Assembly (NCBI GenBank): GCA_002869225.1
Contig: PKTG01000107.1
Coordinates: 9,623 to 73,622, forward strand
Length of the DNA: 64,000 nt
DNA from: Candidatus Muiribacterium halophilum
GTDB lineage: Bacteria > Muiribacteriota > Muiribacteriia > Muiribacteriales > Muiribacteriaceae
Direction of reading: 5' to 3'
Below, piece after piece: positions 9,986-20,311 of this stretch. Numbering within the stretch: position 1 is the stretch's first letter; each line of letters opens with the position of its first letter. Made by a program: the position numbers and the translations under genes. Under the pieces are notes generated by a model. The model was given only the letters and a program-made list of their open reading frames with translations, made no database searches and had not been told where the DNA came from.

Positions 9986-10687
9986 ATGGATAGATTTAGA
10001 ATAAAAAACAGACTTGCGATGACTCTTATTGAGATAGTTATAGCTGTAGGTATCCTTGGTATTGCTATTGTTCCTATCGTTGGGATGATACAAAGATACT
10101 TAAGGCAGAGTGTCTCTATTGGTGGTAAGAGAGATTATATTGATAGGTCAAAGAATATAATGGAAAATCTTCTTGAAAATGTTAGTTTTCGTGAGATTCA
10201 AAGGTTTAATGATATACAAAACGCTGAGCTTGATGATAGGACCACTACTGTTATCGAAGATCTATCGGATATAAGAACTAGAAACCCTATAAATGCCGGA
10301 GCTGTTAGCGCTGAAGTCACTATTGATAACTATGATCCTGATGCTTTTGTGCCTCTTATTAAAGTCTATGATAATGATAAAAGAGATACTCCGGTAGATT
10401 CATATGTTGTAAAGGGCGGGAAGACGTTTTTTAGATATAAAGGTGTCAATTATTACTTTAAGTTAGAGATCACTAATATTCCTCTTTCAATGAGATATAA
10501 ATCTTATTTTCCAAATCCTGGCGAGATAATTCAGGAAAGGATCTTTACGAGAGATAAGGATGGTAATATGCGAGATATGTTTAAAAAACTCGTGTTAAAA
10601 GTGGATTGGACAGATTATGGAATGAAACAAAAATATTCTCTTGTATCATACAAAGGTAATGTAGAAACAGCTTTTGATAACGAATAG
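9986..10687 (+). CDS. pseudopilin-like protein with an atypical prepilin leader (A|MTLIE)
   Basis: NRLAMTLIEIVIAVGILGIAIV N-terminus resembles the prepilin methylation motif, with Ala in place of Gly. Confidence 0.6.
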   Translation: MDRFRIKNRLAMTLIEIVIAVGILGIAIVPIVGMIQRYLRQSVSIGGKRDYIDRSKNIMENLLENVSFREIQRFNDIQNAELDDRTTTVIEDLSDIRTRNPINAGAVSAEVTIDNYDPDAFVPLIKVYDNDKRDTPVDSYVVKGGKTFFRYKGVNYYFKLEITNIPLSMRYKSYFPNPGEIIQERIFTRDKDGNMRDMFKKLVLKVDWTDYGMKQKYSLVSYKGNVETAFDNE

Positions 10688-10698
10688 GGGGGGCTTTT

Positions 10699-11340
10699 AT
10701 GTTTTTGAAAAAGAAAGGAATCGCACTGGTAATAGTGCTTATGATAATATTTATTTCAACTGCTCTTCTCATGATGGTTTCTACAAAGTCAGATATTGAT
10801 GCTGATAAACAGATCTTTAAAGGTGAAAAGATCAGAGCAGAGATGCTTGCAAAGGGAGCTATTCAGCATGCTATGCTTAAAATAAGGTATTTCCCGACAG
10901 AATTTTATGATGCTGCTTCACTTTATTACGGTGAAGGAAAGATCGCTGATAAAGAGATTAACTTTATTGATAAATCATATCTTGGTGAAGTCTTTATTGA
11001 TGATAGTGATAATATCCGTTGTTCAGGTGAGTTCATCAGAGATCTAGGAGTTCTTCAAGGTGAAGAGGTGGAACAGGGATTTAATGCTGACGATGAAGAG
11101 TTTGCAGGTCAGGTAAAAGCAAAAGCTCCTTTTGGTGGAAGTTATTATGTGAAAAAGATCGAGCTATTATCTCATGATAATAGGACAAATCAGGATACTG
11201 TTAGAATCACAGTCTATGCTCAGGAAATATCAGGAAAGACAACCGCTGTGATAAAAAACGCTTTAAGAGGTACGGATAAAGAAAAACAGTTAAATGAAGG
11301 TCTTACATATACTGTGATTAAGGAGTTAAAATGGAGATAA
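10699..11340 (+). CDS. GspK/PilX-like minor pseudopilin
   Basis: KKKGIALVIVLMIIFISTALL hydrophobic N-terminus. Sits between two pseudopilins. Confidence 0.5.
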   Translation: MFLKKKGIALVIVLMIIFISTALLMMVSTKSDIDADKQIFKGEKIRAEMLAKGAIQHAMLKIRYFPTEFYDAASLYYGEGKIADKEINFIDKSYLGEVFIDDSDNIRCSGEFIRDLGVLQGEEVEQGFNADDEEFAGQVKAKAPFGGSYYVKKIELLSHDNRTNQDTVRITVYAQEISGKTTAVIKNALRGTDKEKQLNEGLTYTVIKELKWR

Positions 11341-12176
11341 GAAAAAAAGGTTTTACATTGACCGAGGTTACAATAGTAGTAGCTGTGCTTGGTGTTTTTA
11401 CACTGGTACTTTTTAATCTACTTGCCATAATAAACAGATCTTCAAGTGTTGTTGAGTGGAGAACAGAAACAAATATGCAGCTTACTGAAGCTTTTAAAAT
11501 ACTTTCAAGAGATCTTGAACAGGCTAACTATCCAACAATAATAACTCAGGATGGAGTGTATAGGAATCCTATATCCCTGGGTGCTGGTGAATATAGACAG
11601 GGTGATCCATTACCGGAAAGCATACTTAGAGTGCACAAAGGAAGTGGTGAGGTCATAACTCTTCCAACTGGAGTGGATGAGATCACCGTTATGATGTGGC
11701 AGATAAATACTCCTGAAGTCAATATCGTGGGAAGAGGACATGCAGCAGAGACTACAGTATGTATTTTAAAACTATATAAAGAGTTTCAGAATAGATTAAA
11801 TGTACTTACATATAAAGTGATTGCTCCAGCAAATTATGATTATCTTGTATATTCCAATTCGCGAAGAATAAAAAACAATACTGAGATACCAATTATAGAG
11901 AATGTAAAAAGTATCGAGGTATCATATGATAAAAAGTATAGTGATGAACAGATAAATGCTTTTAATGAGATAAAGACAAATCCTGGAAACTTCCTGCCAG
12001 AAGAAAATAAGGATTATTTTCATGAATGGATGAACCCAGGCGTGCTTGGAGTCAAAGTAATAGTTGAGCAATCCAGAAAAATGGGCGTCCTTATGAGGAA
12101 AAGAGAGTTCAGAGTAAATGGAGAATTCATTATAGATCCACTTAGTGTTATCATGGAAAGGGTAAATAATTTTTAA
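11331..12176 (+). CDS. prepilin-type N-terminal cleavage/methylation domain protein
   Basis: Canonical KKGFTLTEVTIVVAVLGV motif. Confidence 0.75.
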   Translation: MEIRKKGFTLTEVTIVVAVLGVFTLVLFNLLAIINRSSSVVEWRTETNMQLTEAFKILSRDLEQANYPTIITQDGVYRNPISLGAGEYRQGDPLPESILRVHKGSGEVITLPTGVDEITVMMWQINTPEVNIVGRGHAAETTVCILKLYKEFQNRLNVLTYKVIAPANYDYLVYSNSRRIKNNTEIPIIENVKSIEVSYDKKYSDEQINAFNEIKTNPGNFLPEENKDYFHEWMNPGVLGVKVIVEQSRKMGVLMRKREFRVNGEFIIDPLSVIMERVNNF

Positions 12177-13018
12177 TGGAAATAAACAAAAGGTATCTTG
12201 AAAGATTACTTGAAACCGCAATAGATGAGGATATAGCATTTTCAGGAGATATTACTTCTGAAAATATCTTTGAACGATCTCATATTTCAAAAGGTAGATT
12301 TATCTCAAAAGAAGAAGGAATATTCTGTGGAGAAGAAATACTAAGATACATATTTAAAAATAAAGTAAAAGATGGCGAGATAGAAATAAAAAAGAAAGAT
12401 GGAGAATATCTTCAAAAAGGTGATATCATTGCCAAAGTCAAAGGTAATACAAAAGATATTCTTTTATTTGAAAGAACATGTTTAAATATTATTTGCCATA
12501 TGTCTGGTATAGCCAACAAGACGATGAGATTAGTTAAAGCTTTGAATAGAGCTGATATAAGAGTGGTTGATACAAGGAAGACCCTTCAAGGATTAAGAGC
12601 ATTACAAAAATATGCTGTTAAGATTGGAGGAGGATACAATCACAGAAGCGGATTGTATGATGCTGTTATGATAAAAGAAAATCATATTAAAGCTGCTGGA
12701 TCAATAAAAGAAGCTGTATAGAAGGTTAGAAGGAACGTATCTCATGTGATAAAGATAGAAGTTGAGACAACTGATCTTAAGGAAGTTCATGAAGCGGTAG
12801 AAGCCGGAGCTGATATAATTATGCTTGATAATATGGAACATGAACAGATGAGTCAGGCCTGTATTATAATCAACAGAAGAGCATTGATTGAGATTAGTGG
12901 TAATATAAGTGATGATAATATAAAGGAAAGAGTAAAAGAACTTCCAGTGGATATTATATCAAGTGGAGCTTTGACACATTCTGTTAAGGTATTTGATATA
13001 TCTTTTTTATTAGATTGA
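12176..13018 (+). pseudogene. nadC: nicotinate-nucleotide pyrophosphorylase (quinolinate phosphoribosyltransferase) with one in-frame TAG (12719-12721)
   Basis: ORFs 12176-12721 and 12746-13018 share a frame. The combined 280 aa is the canonical NadC length. KENHIKAAGSIKEAV-stop-KVRR..IKIEVETTDL..AGADIIMLDNM spans the stop. Confidence 0.85.
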
Positions 13019-13030
13019 TCATATAATAAT

Positions 13031-13079
13031 ATAAAAAAAAGACCGGAATATTTCCGGTCTTTTTTTTTTGTTTTTTTTT
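13031..13079. terminator. bidirectional rho-independent terminator (nadC / porin)
   Basis: GACCGGAA / TTCCGGTC stem flanked by an A-run and a long T-run. Confidence 0.85.
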
Positions 13080-13084
13080 AAGAT

Positions 13085-14155
13085 TTAGAAAGCGTATTTC
13101 AAAGATAACATTATCCTCATATCATCATAATCAACTGATGAAGTAGCTGTCTTGTATTCTGTATTGTGATAAGCAATACCTTTATCAAAACTTATAACTT
13201 CGTTTATCTTACTGCAATGTATTATTGAAGCAAATTCGTTTTTCATCCTGTCTCCTGCTGCAAGGTACTGATCATCGTTTTCCTGGGTACCAATAGCGAA
13301 ACTTATCTTGGAGCTGTTATCAAGTGTCTTTATATAGTTAAACCAACCTCCTGTACATTCCACAGCATTAGAACCTTTTACATCGTATCCGATTCCACCG
13401 TAATAACCTGACATAGCTTCACCAGTGAATACTTCACATTTCATTTCTTTATCTGAAGATTTCTTGTGATAATCAAGTACAAATGCGTTTGAGTCGACTT
13501 TTACTCCTCTTACACCAGCAATATCTTCATATCTGTTCCCAAAATATCCGCCAATGCTAATACCTGAATTGAGTTTATAATTAAACTGAAAATCAGGAGA
13601 GTTTACTTCTGGATTCCATGTCTCTGAATTAGCATCTGCTGACCAAGGTCTTGCAAGTGCAAAAGTGAAGACTCCGCCGTTAGTCTCATTCTGAAATGCT
13701 ACCATAGGTCGTCTATATCCAACGTTCACATAGAGATTGGCGGAACCATCTATACCGTATGGAGACATAGTAGCAAAGATATCTCCATGCTGACCAAATA
13801 TAAAAGTCTTCTTATTGTCAATCACTTTTACATAAGCTTTCCTCATTCGAGGGTTAGCTTTAATCTGTGCACCACCACCATAAAAATCGGTTGCATAATA
13901 ACCTTTTATTAAAACACCGTTGTTAAGTTCCTGTTTAGTGTTGAATCCGAGTCTAGTTTGATTAGCAGTCATATTGAATTCTTCAATATCACCTGCAGCG
14001 TTATTATCAACATAATATGTCTGATTACCATTTGTGTTTTGAGCACTATCAAAGGACATATCAAGTTTAATAAAACCAAAAAAGTCCATTTCAGGGGTTG
14101 TAGCAAATACCATTACAGATATTACTAGTAGTGTTATGATCGTTAATTTTTTCAT
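13085..14155 (-). CDS. porin-like outer-membrane beta-barrel protein
   Basis: Signal peptide. Alternating aromatic/Gly beta-strand pattern. C-terminal ..LKYAF (terminal Phe). Confidence 0.65.
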   Translation of the reverse strand: MKKLTIITLLVISVMVFATTPEMDFFGFIKLDMSFDSAQNTNGNQTYYVDNNAAGDIEEFNMTANQTRLGFNTKQELNNGVLIKGYYATDFYGGGAQIKANPRMRKAYVKVIDNKKTFIFGQHGDIFATMSPYGIDGSANLYVNVGYRRPMVAFQNETNGGVFTFALARPWSADANSETWNPEVNSPDFQFNYKLNSGISIGGYFGNRYEDIAGVRGVKVDSNAFVLDYHKKSSDKEMKCEVFTGEAMSGYYGGIGYDVKGSNAVECTGGWFNYIKTLDNSSKISFAIGTQENDDQYLAAGDRMKNEFASIIHCSKINEVISFDKGIAYHNTEYKTATSSVDYDDMRIMLSLKYAF

Positions 14156-14230
14156 ATTTCCCTCCGGTTAAATTATAATTAATATCATATATAATAAAAA
14201 AAAAAACTTCAACGAAATTCAGGTATAAAA

Positions 14231-14262
14231 AAAAGCCGGATATTTATATCCGACTTTTTAGA
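14231..14262 (-). terminator. rho-independent terminator of the 14277-14804 gene
   Basis: CGGATA..TATCCG hairpin followed by a T-run on the minus strand. Confidence 0.6.
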
Positions 14263-14276
14263 TTTTTAATAAAAGA

Positions 14277-14804
14277 TCAAAGACATTCTATAAAATTTCG
14301 ATTTTCTATTGTGATTATTTGTTTATTTAATGGGTTTATTAGTCTTACGCTGTAGTTTATTACAAGATTATCAATTATATCAGTTCCAGTTAAGGTGTGT
14401 ACTTCTTCTTCTACTATATCAACATAATTGACTCTGATATTAAGAAGTTCCATTTTAGTCTTTTCTATTCTCTGATTAAAGAAAGACATTATAAGATCTA
14501 CTATTTCTTTGTTTTTCCATTCAAATTCTACCTGATCTATAGAATTAGCACCTATTACAGATTTAAGATTATCAAATACCATTATTGAGTTTTCTCTTAG
14601 ATTGATCTCAAAACCCCATCTGCTTTGACCAGCTTCAATAAGCTGACAAAGATCTTCTTTGTTTTCTGTTGTGTAGGCACTCTGATATTTCATGAACTCC
14701 CCAAGATTATGATAAACATCAAAGATGGATATCTTATTCATAGGTGCTGAGATAGTTGATACACAAAGAATTGTGATAATTAGTAAAAATAAAATATTTT
14801 TCAT
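14277..14804 (-). CDS. hypothetical secreted protein
   Basis: Signal peptide MKNILFLLIITILCVSTISA. GGAGGG RBS. Confidence 0.5.
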   Translation of the reverse strand: MKNILFLLIITILCVSTISAPMNKISIFDVYHNLGEFMKYQSAYTTENKEDLCQLIEAGQSRWGFEINLRENSIMVFDNLKSVIGANSIDQVEFEWKNKEIVDLIMSFFNQRIEKTKMELLNIRVNYVDIVEEEVHTLTGTDIIDNLVINYSVRLINPLNKQIITIENRNFIECL

Positions 14805-14920
14805 TTCCCCCTCCTTCTCTTATACTTTTATTTTCTTATAAAGAGGAATTTTTACTCCCCCATGATAAAAACATCGGCAAATAAAATCAAACTTATTAAT
14901 ATAATAAGAAAAGAACCGGT

Positions 14921-15052
14921 AACCTTTCGATAAGCGTGATACGTGGTGGGTAATGCGAAGGATCACGAAAGAACAGGAAAAATAACGATGTTTCGATAAG
15001 CATGATGAATAAAGAGGCGGTTAGATTTTCCCGAAATCCAAAATCCAGCTTT
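14921..15052. repeat. intergenic mosaic repeat: direct TTTCGATAAGC(G/A)TGAT copies plus an inverted copy of the AAGCTGGATTTTGG core
   Basis: The reverse complement of 15021-15052 matches 30185-30216 at 25/32 positions. TTTCGATAAGCGTGAT (around 14924) is repeated as TTTCGATAAGCATGAT (around 14991). Confidence 0.75.
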
Positions 15053-15080
15053 ATATAAAAACCCGGATGCTATAGTACTT

Positions 15081-16487
15081 CTAATAAAATCTTCTGAAAG
15101 CCCACTTAGCCATCTTTTTGATGAGTGAAGAATTCATTCGATTCATTGCCCACTGCTCAGCAGCCCTTTTGATTAAGAATGACATTGTTGGGAAAGAATG
15201 TTGCAAAAACAAAAGGTTATACATCCTTATATTTTTCTGAATACAAAGAGCAATCTCGTTAATCATCTCACCGGAACCTTCTCCGATTATTCTTGCTCCG
15301 AATATCCTACCAAAAGTATTTGTGTAAATATCAACACTGCCAACAGGTATCTCTTCAGCAATTGCTGCTCCGTAATCAGCATATTTCATACTGATAACCT
15401 CATATTTGATCTTTTTTTCCTTAAGTTCATATTCACTCATACCTGCAAGAGAGACCGCTGGTTCGGTGAAAACGGTCCATGGTACTATGAATTTTCTAAA
15501 ATCTTTTTTAAAAAGAGAGGGTGTCATACTGTTAATAAGAGCCATCATACCCTGATGCATGGCTGCATGAGACAATAGGAAATGACCGTTACAATCTCCA
15601 GGTGCATAAATGTTTTTAGCCGTTGTTCTTAGGAAAGGATCGACTATTATACCAGTTTTTTCATATTTCACCTGAGCATTATCGAGTTGAAGTTTATCAA
15701 AATCAAATTTGCGGCCAGCTGCTATAAGTATTCTTTCTCCCTCAAGTATCTCATTGTTATCAAGGTATAATCTTATAACGTTATTTTCTTTTTTTATCTC
15801 AGTAGCTTTTACAGAGTTTATAACTCTTATGCCTTCAGCAATCAGTTCATCTTCCATTATGTTTTTCGAGTTTTTATTTTTCCCGTATAGTAGATTAGGA
15901 TCCATATGAGCTATAGTAATAGTTGTTCCCAACCTTGAAAACGCTTGTGCCATCTCACAACCTATTGCACCGCCACCAAGTATTATCATTGATTTTGGGA
16001 GTCTATCAATTGAAAAGATATTTTCATTTGTCAAAATATCAATATCTTCTATACCTTTAATAGGAGGTACAAAAGGAGCAGATCCGGTGCAAATGAATAT
16101 CTTGTTTGCACTTATCGTCTTGTCTCCTACAATCAAGGTATGTCGATCTTTGAAAGTTGCATTTTCTCCTAAATATAGGTCTGTCTTATCAAACATGTTA
16201 AGCGTCTTTTTATCTCTAATAAAATCGATATGTTTTTGCATATCATCAAAGATTGTACAATTTTCCGGAGAAGATGAATCAGAGTTTAAAAATTTTGAAG
16301 AGGAATAAAATCTTTTTGAATAACGAAGCAATGCTTTACTTGGGATGCATCCGATGTTCATACATTCTCCACCGATCTTGTTTTTTTCAATAGCGGCTAT
16401 TTTTAATCCCATCTCTGAACCCATGATCGACACCGCCATACCTGCCGGTCCCAGTCCTATAACTGCAGCATCGTAATCGTATCTCAT
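15081..16487 (-). CDS. class I pyridine nucleotide-disulfide oxidoreductase (dihydrolipoyl dehydrogenase / mercuric reductase family)
   Basis: GLGPAGMA FAD motif. Redox-active GGECMNIGCIPSK. Second GGGAIGCE dinucleotide fold. C-terminal dimerisation region. Confidence 0.85.
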   Translation of the reverse strand: MRYDYDAAVIGLGPAGMAVSIMGSEMGLKIAAIEKNKIGGECMNIGCIPSKALLRYSKRFYSSSKFLNSDSSSPENCTIFDDMQKHIDFIRDKKTLNMFDKTDLYLGENATFKDRHTLIVGDKTISANKIFICTGSAPFVPPIKGIEDIDILTNENIFSIDRLPKSMIILGGGAIGCEMAQAFSRLGTTITIAHMDPNLLYGKNKNSKNIMEDELIAEGIRVINSVKATEIKKENNVIRLYLDNNEILEGERILIAAGRKFDFDKLQLDNAQVKYEKTGIIVDPFLRTTAKNIYAPGDCNGHFLLSHAAMHQGMMALINSMTPSLFKKDFRKFIVPWTVFTEPAVSLAGMSEYELKEKKIKYEVISMKYADYGAAIAEEIPVGSVDIYTNTFGRIFGARIIGEGSGEMINEIALCIQKNIRMYNLLFLQHSFPTMSFLIKRAAEQWAMNRMNSSLIKKMAKWAFRRFY

Positions 16488-16620
16488 GTAATCCTCCTAA
16501 GTAAAACTCAAAATAATATTATATAATGATATTATAATGTAAAAGAAAAATTAGGTCAAGACTAAAAAAGCAAGATAAGCAAACTTTGACATAAAACACT
16601 AATTTTGCTTTAATTAACGC

Positions 16621-17616
16621 ATGAAAAGATTTTTTGTAATATACATTATTTTTATATTCATATTCATGGCAATAGCGGATTCTACCGTCCATGATATGTA
16701 TCAGACTGCAGAAGAATATTATAAAGAGGGAATGATATAAAATTCCATTTCTCTACTTTAAAAAGTCATTCTTCAGGACCCTACCTTTATTAGTGCTTAT
16801 TATCTTTTAGGTAAGATTTACAAAGAGATAAATGAGTACGATAAGGCTATGTCATATTTTGAAAAGTGTATTGAGTTAAGACAGGATCTTAGAAATCGCG
16901 AAAAATCACTTGAAGAGAGTGGAATACCAAAGGTCAAGGTAGAGATGAGTGATGTTCTTAAAAAGATTGGAGAAGCTGAAGAGATACTCAGTCAGGGTAT
17001 AAGATTTGTAGAGGAAGGTGATTTTCTGTCTGCTGAGAACAGTTTTAAATATGCGATAGATCTAAACCCTAATGTTGCAGAATATTATTTTAGATTAGCG
17101 GATGTGTATCTTGATAGACAACTCGATGATATGGCTATAAGTACTTTAAAAAAAGGTCTGAGAATAGATACAAAAAATACTGACAGATATATACTACTTG
17201 CATCTTTATATTCAAAAAGCGGAGATGACAGGAAAGCTGTTCATCTTCTAAAGACAGCAGCTACTGATCATTTTAACGATAATCTTAAATTTAGAGATCT
17301 TATAAAGAGGTACTCTGCCAATATTATGGATAGAAGGGATTATACTGTAATAAGAAGAGATGGTAGAGAAGTTATAATAAATGCAGGGTTTAGAGATGGT
17401 ATAAAAAGAGGTATGGAATTCAGGACTCATCTGACTGTTTATAGGGGAGGCACTCCTGTGAAAGATCTAAATACAGGTGAGATACTTGGACAGACTGAAA
17501 GAAAGGTCATAGGAGAGTTGCTAATAACTAAGGTCGAAGAAAAACTCACTTATGGTCAGATAACTATTGAAAAAGAAGATAAGATTAGGATAGGGGATTT
17601 TATTTCAATTGAGTAA
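16621..17616 (+). pseudogene. TPR-repeat protein with N-terminal membrane anchor; two in-frame TAA (16738-16740, 16759-16761)
   Basis: ATG 16621 is in the same frame as ORF 16849-17616. MKRFFVIYIIFIFIFMAIA anchor. The first TPR unit reads YYKEGMI-stop-NSISLL-stop-KVILQDP..AYYLLGKIY and continues into the called ORF. Confidence 0.65.
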
Positions 17617-18055
17617 GCAAACTGATCTTAATATAAAAAATAAAAAAGCGTTTCATGAATATATAATTCTCGATAGATATGAAGCTGGTATAGCCTTAAA
17701 AGGTCCTGAAATCAAATCTGTCAGGCAGCATAATGTTAATTTTAGAGACAGCCATGTCAGAATACAGGGAAATGATGTCTTTTTAATAAATCTTCATATA
17801 GCAAGGTATAAAAACTCGGGATATTCGCAGATAGACCCTTCAAGAAACAGAAGACTTCTTTTAAATAAACGAGAGATTAGAAAGCTAAGTATTAGAGTTA
17901 TAGAAAGAGGCTTGACAATAGTTCCGTTAAGGTTGTATTTTAAGAATGGTCTTCTTAAAGTTGAGATAGGTCTTGCAAAAGGTAAGAAGATACATGATAA
18001 AAGAGAGACAATAAAAAAGAAGGAACTTGTTAGAGAATGGCAAAGAAAGCAATAA
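17609..18055 (+). CDS. smpB: SsrA-binding protein
   Basis: KNKKAFHEYIILDRYEAGIALKGPEIKSVR and a basic C-terminal tail. Confidence 0.9.
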   Translation: MSKQTDLNIKNKKAFHEYIILDRYEAGIALKGPEIKSVRQHNVNFRDSHVRIQGNDVFLINLHIARYKNSGYSQIDPSRNRRLLLNKREIRKLSIRVIERGLTIVPLRLYFKNGLLKVEIGLAKGKKIHDKRETIKKKELVREWQRKQ

Positions 18056-19590
18056 TACTTATATATATATTTACCTTTATGATCTTTTCCTTCTCAATAA
18101 ATAGTATATCAGTTCAGGTAAACGATATTACTTTTAAGGGAAATATTGACGGGGATATAGTATACCTTCCACTTACCGATGTATGTAAAGAATTCGATAT
18201 AAAGTTTGGTTTTTTTCCTGACACAAATATCATAGCTATCAACTTTCAGAATAAGATGATGAGTACCGTCGTGGATCAGAAAGAACTTATAGTAAATAAT
18301 GAGATAAGTGAACTTGAAAATCCACCAATTCTTATCAATTCCGAAGTCTATATGCCTATTGAGTTCTTCTCAAAATATCTGGAGTTGGATATATCATGGA
18401 AACCTGAAGAGATCTCAAAGAGTTCTGTTATAAGTGAACTTGTATTCAGGGAAAGTCCAGATGTTCTTGAAATATTTATTAAAGCCGATAAATCTTTTTC
18501 AAAGAACGAATATTTTGTGATACAGGATAAAAGAGATCTTATAATAAGTTTTCCTAATACTAAGATCGATTTAGAAGGTTTTGAATATCCTCATGATTAT
18601 ATTGAAGATGTAAATTATTTGAACGAAAAGCAGGAGACTGCTCAACTAACTATCAGATTTAAAAACAATCTTGACATTCAGTTGGGTCCTTCTGTAAAGC
18701 CAGCTGGGATGTATATTAGAGTAAATATATCTGATGTTCAGAAAACGCTTCCAGAAAATCGTGATGTATTGGATACTTCTGAGATCATTTCCTATAGAGA
18801 GCCAGGTTCTATTGAAGTATCTGCTTCAGAGATTCCCCTGATCTCAACGACTGAAGTTGCATCAGTGATCAGTTTAGACAGTCAGGAGACATATGAGGTA
18901 GAGGATTCATATATAGAAGAAGTTCCAGATATTGAACTTCAGCAATATACTTTTGTTGAGGAAACCTCTGAAAATATACTTGAGAATAAAGTCATCGTAA
19001 TCGATCCTGGCCATGGTGGTTCGGATTATGGTATTACCAAATTCGGTATATATGAAAAAGATATCGTACTTTCGATAGGAAGAAAACTTTTTGATAAGTT
19101 GTCTGAAGGGGATGCGTCAGTATTTCTGACAAGAAAGGGAAACGAGAATCTTACAGATGAAAAAAGGTCATATGTGGCAAATAGTAATAGGGCACAATTG
19201 TTTTTATCCTTGCATCTTGCTTTTAGCAGAGATGAAAAGATATCAGGATTTTCAATCTATTATTCTCCACAGTCTGAAAATGATCTAAAAGATAAACAGG
19301 ATTCGATGGAAGAACTAAAAAATATAAAAAGATATGATGATAGTATTAAATTTTAAAGACTCGTTAGCAGACACTTCGTGGACGATCTTGGTTTTATAGA
19401 TAGAAATATATTGCAGGCACCTATATCTGTTTTAAGAGATGTAAACTGTCCTTCTATATTACTTGAACTAAATCATTTATCAAATATGGAAATAGCACAG
19501 CTTTTAAAGGAAGATGATATACAGGATAAAATAGCCGATACTTTATATAAGGCTATTGAATCATATTTCATGAGAAAGAGAGCAAGATGA
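18037..19590 (+). pseudogene. N-acetylmuramoyl-L-alanine amidase (AmiC-like, AMIN plus Amidase_3) with one in-frame TAA (19354-19356)
   Basis: ORFs 18037-19356 and 19378-19590 share a frame. VIVIDPGHGGSDYG and ANSNRAQLFLSLHL lie before the stop. APISVLRDVNCPSILLELNHLSN lies after it. Confidence 0.8.
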
Positions 19591-20168
19591 AAGATAACTA
19601 TGGGTTTATAAAACTTTTTTTTAAGATCTTATGGCTAGCGATTATTCTAGTAGCGGGTTATTTTCTATTTTTCTCGAATCCGATCAAAAAGTATGACTCA
19701 CAGATCCCTGAAAGATTTATAAATTCATATGATAAAAAAGCTCCTGTTGAACTAATGAACATGACTTTTTATTACACAGATGGTATTAGTCTGATACCCG
19801 AAGATAGAAAAGTAGGTATATCAGATAACCCTGAGGTCCTAGCCGGTAATGTACTGACCGAATATATGAAAGGTTCAGAAGATACCGATCTTTATCTTCC
19901 GCTTCCGGAAAAGGCGGAGATCAGAAACTTTTTCTTTAAAGATGGAACATTATTTTTAGATTTTTCAAGGGAAATAAAAGTTAATTTTGATGGCGGAGTA
20001 GGTGCTGAGCTTTGCTGTCTTTATGGATTCGTAAATACACTTTCCGAGATAAACGCTATAAAGGAAGTAAGATTTCTTTTAAATGGAGAGGACCCTGAAG
20101 TACTTATATCACATATTTATACGGGTAATGCACTTAAAAGAGATGAAGATCTTATTCAGAAATTTTAA
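19587..20168 (+). CDS. GerMN-domain lipoprotein-like protein
   Basis: N-terminal TM helix. GerMN-like pattern (..LFLDFSREI...VNTLSEINAIKEVRFLLNGE). Coupled to the amidase gene. Confidence 0.55.
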   Translation: MKDNYGFIKLFFKILWLAIILVAGYFLFFSNPIKKYDSQIPERFINSYDKKAPVELMNMTFYYTDGISLIPEDRKVGISDNPEVLAGNVLTEYMKGSEDTDLYLPLPEKAEIRNFFFKDGTLFLDFSREIKVNFDGGVGAELCCLYGFVNTLSEINAIKEVRFLLNGEDPEVLISHIYTGNALKRDEDLIQKF

Positions 20169-20311
20169 ATTCCGATATTCCGACAACCCGACTTAAAAGC
20201 TTTTTCGTGATTTTCCCCGTTTCGCTTAACGTAATCAATTAATTTTTTTTTAATTGATTTATATGTTAAAATTAAAATCTAAATGAAAAAATCAAACAGG
20301 GAGGTAAAAAA

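Noticed and set aside
14805-15080. A tRNA or other small RNA gene in the relatively GC-richer spacers (14921-15010, 45270-45330).
   Set aside because: I found no cloverleaf-compatible arms or GTTCRANYC T-loop. The sequences are explained by the repeat family. A covariance-model scan is still needed to be sure.
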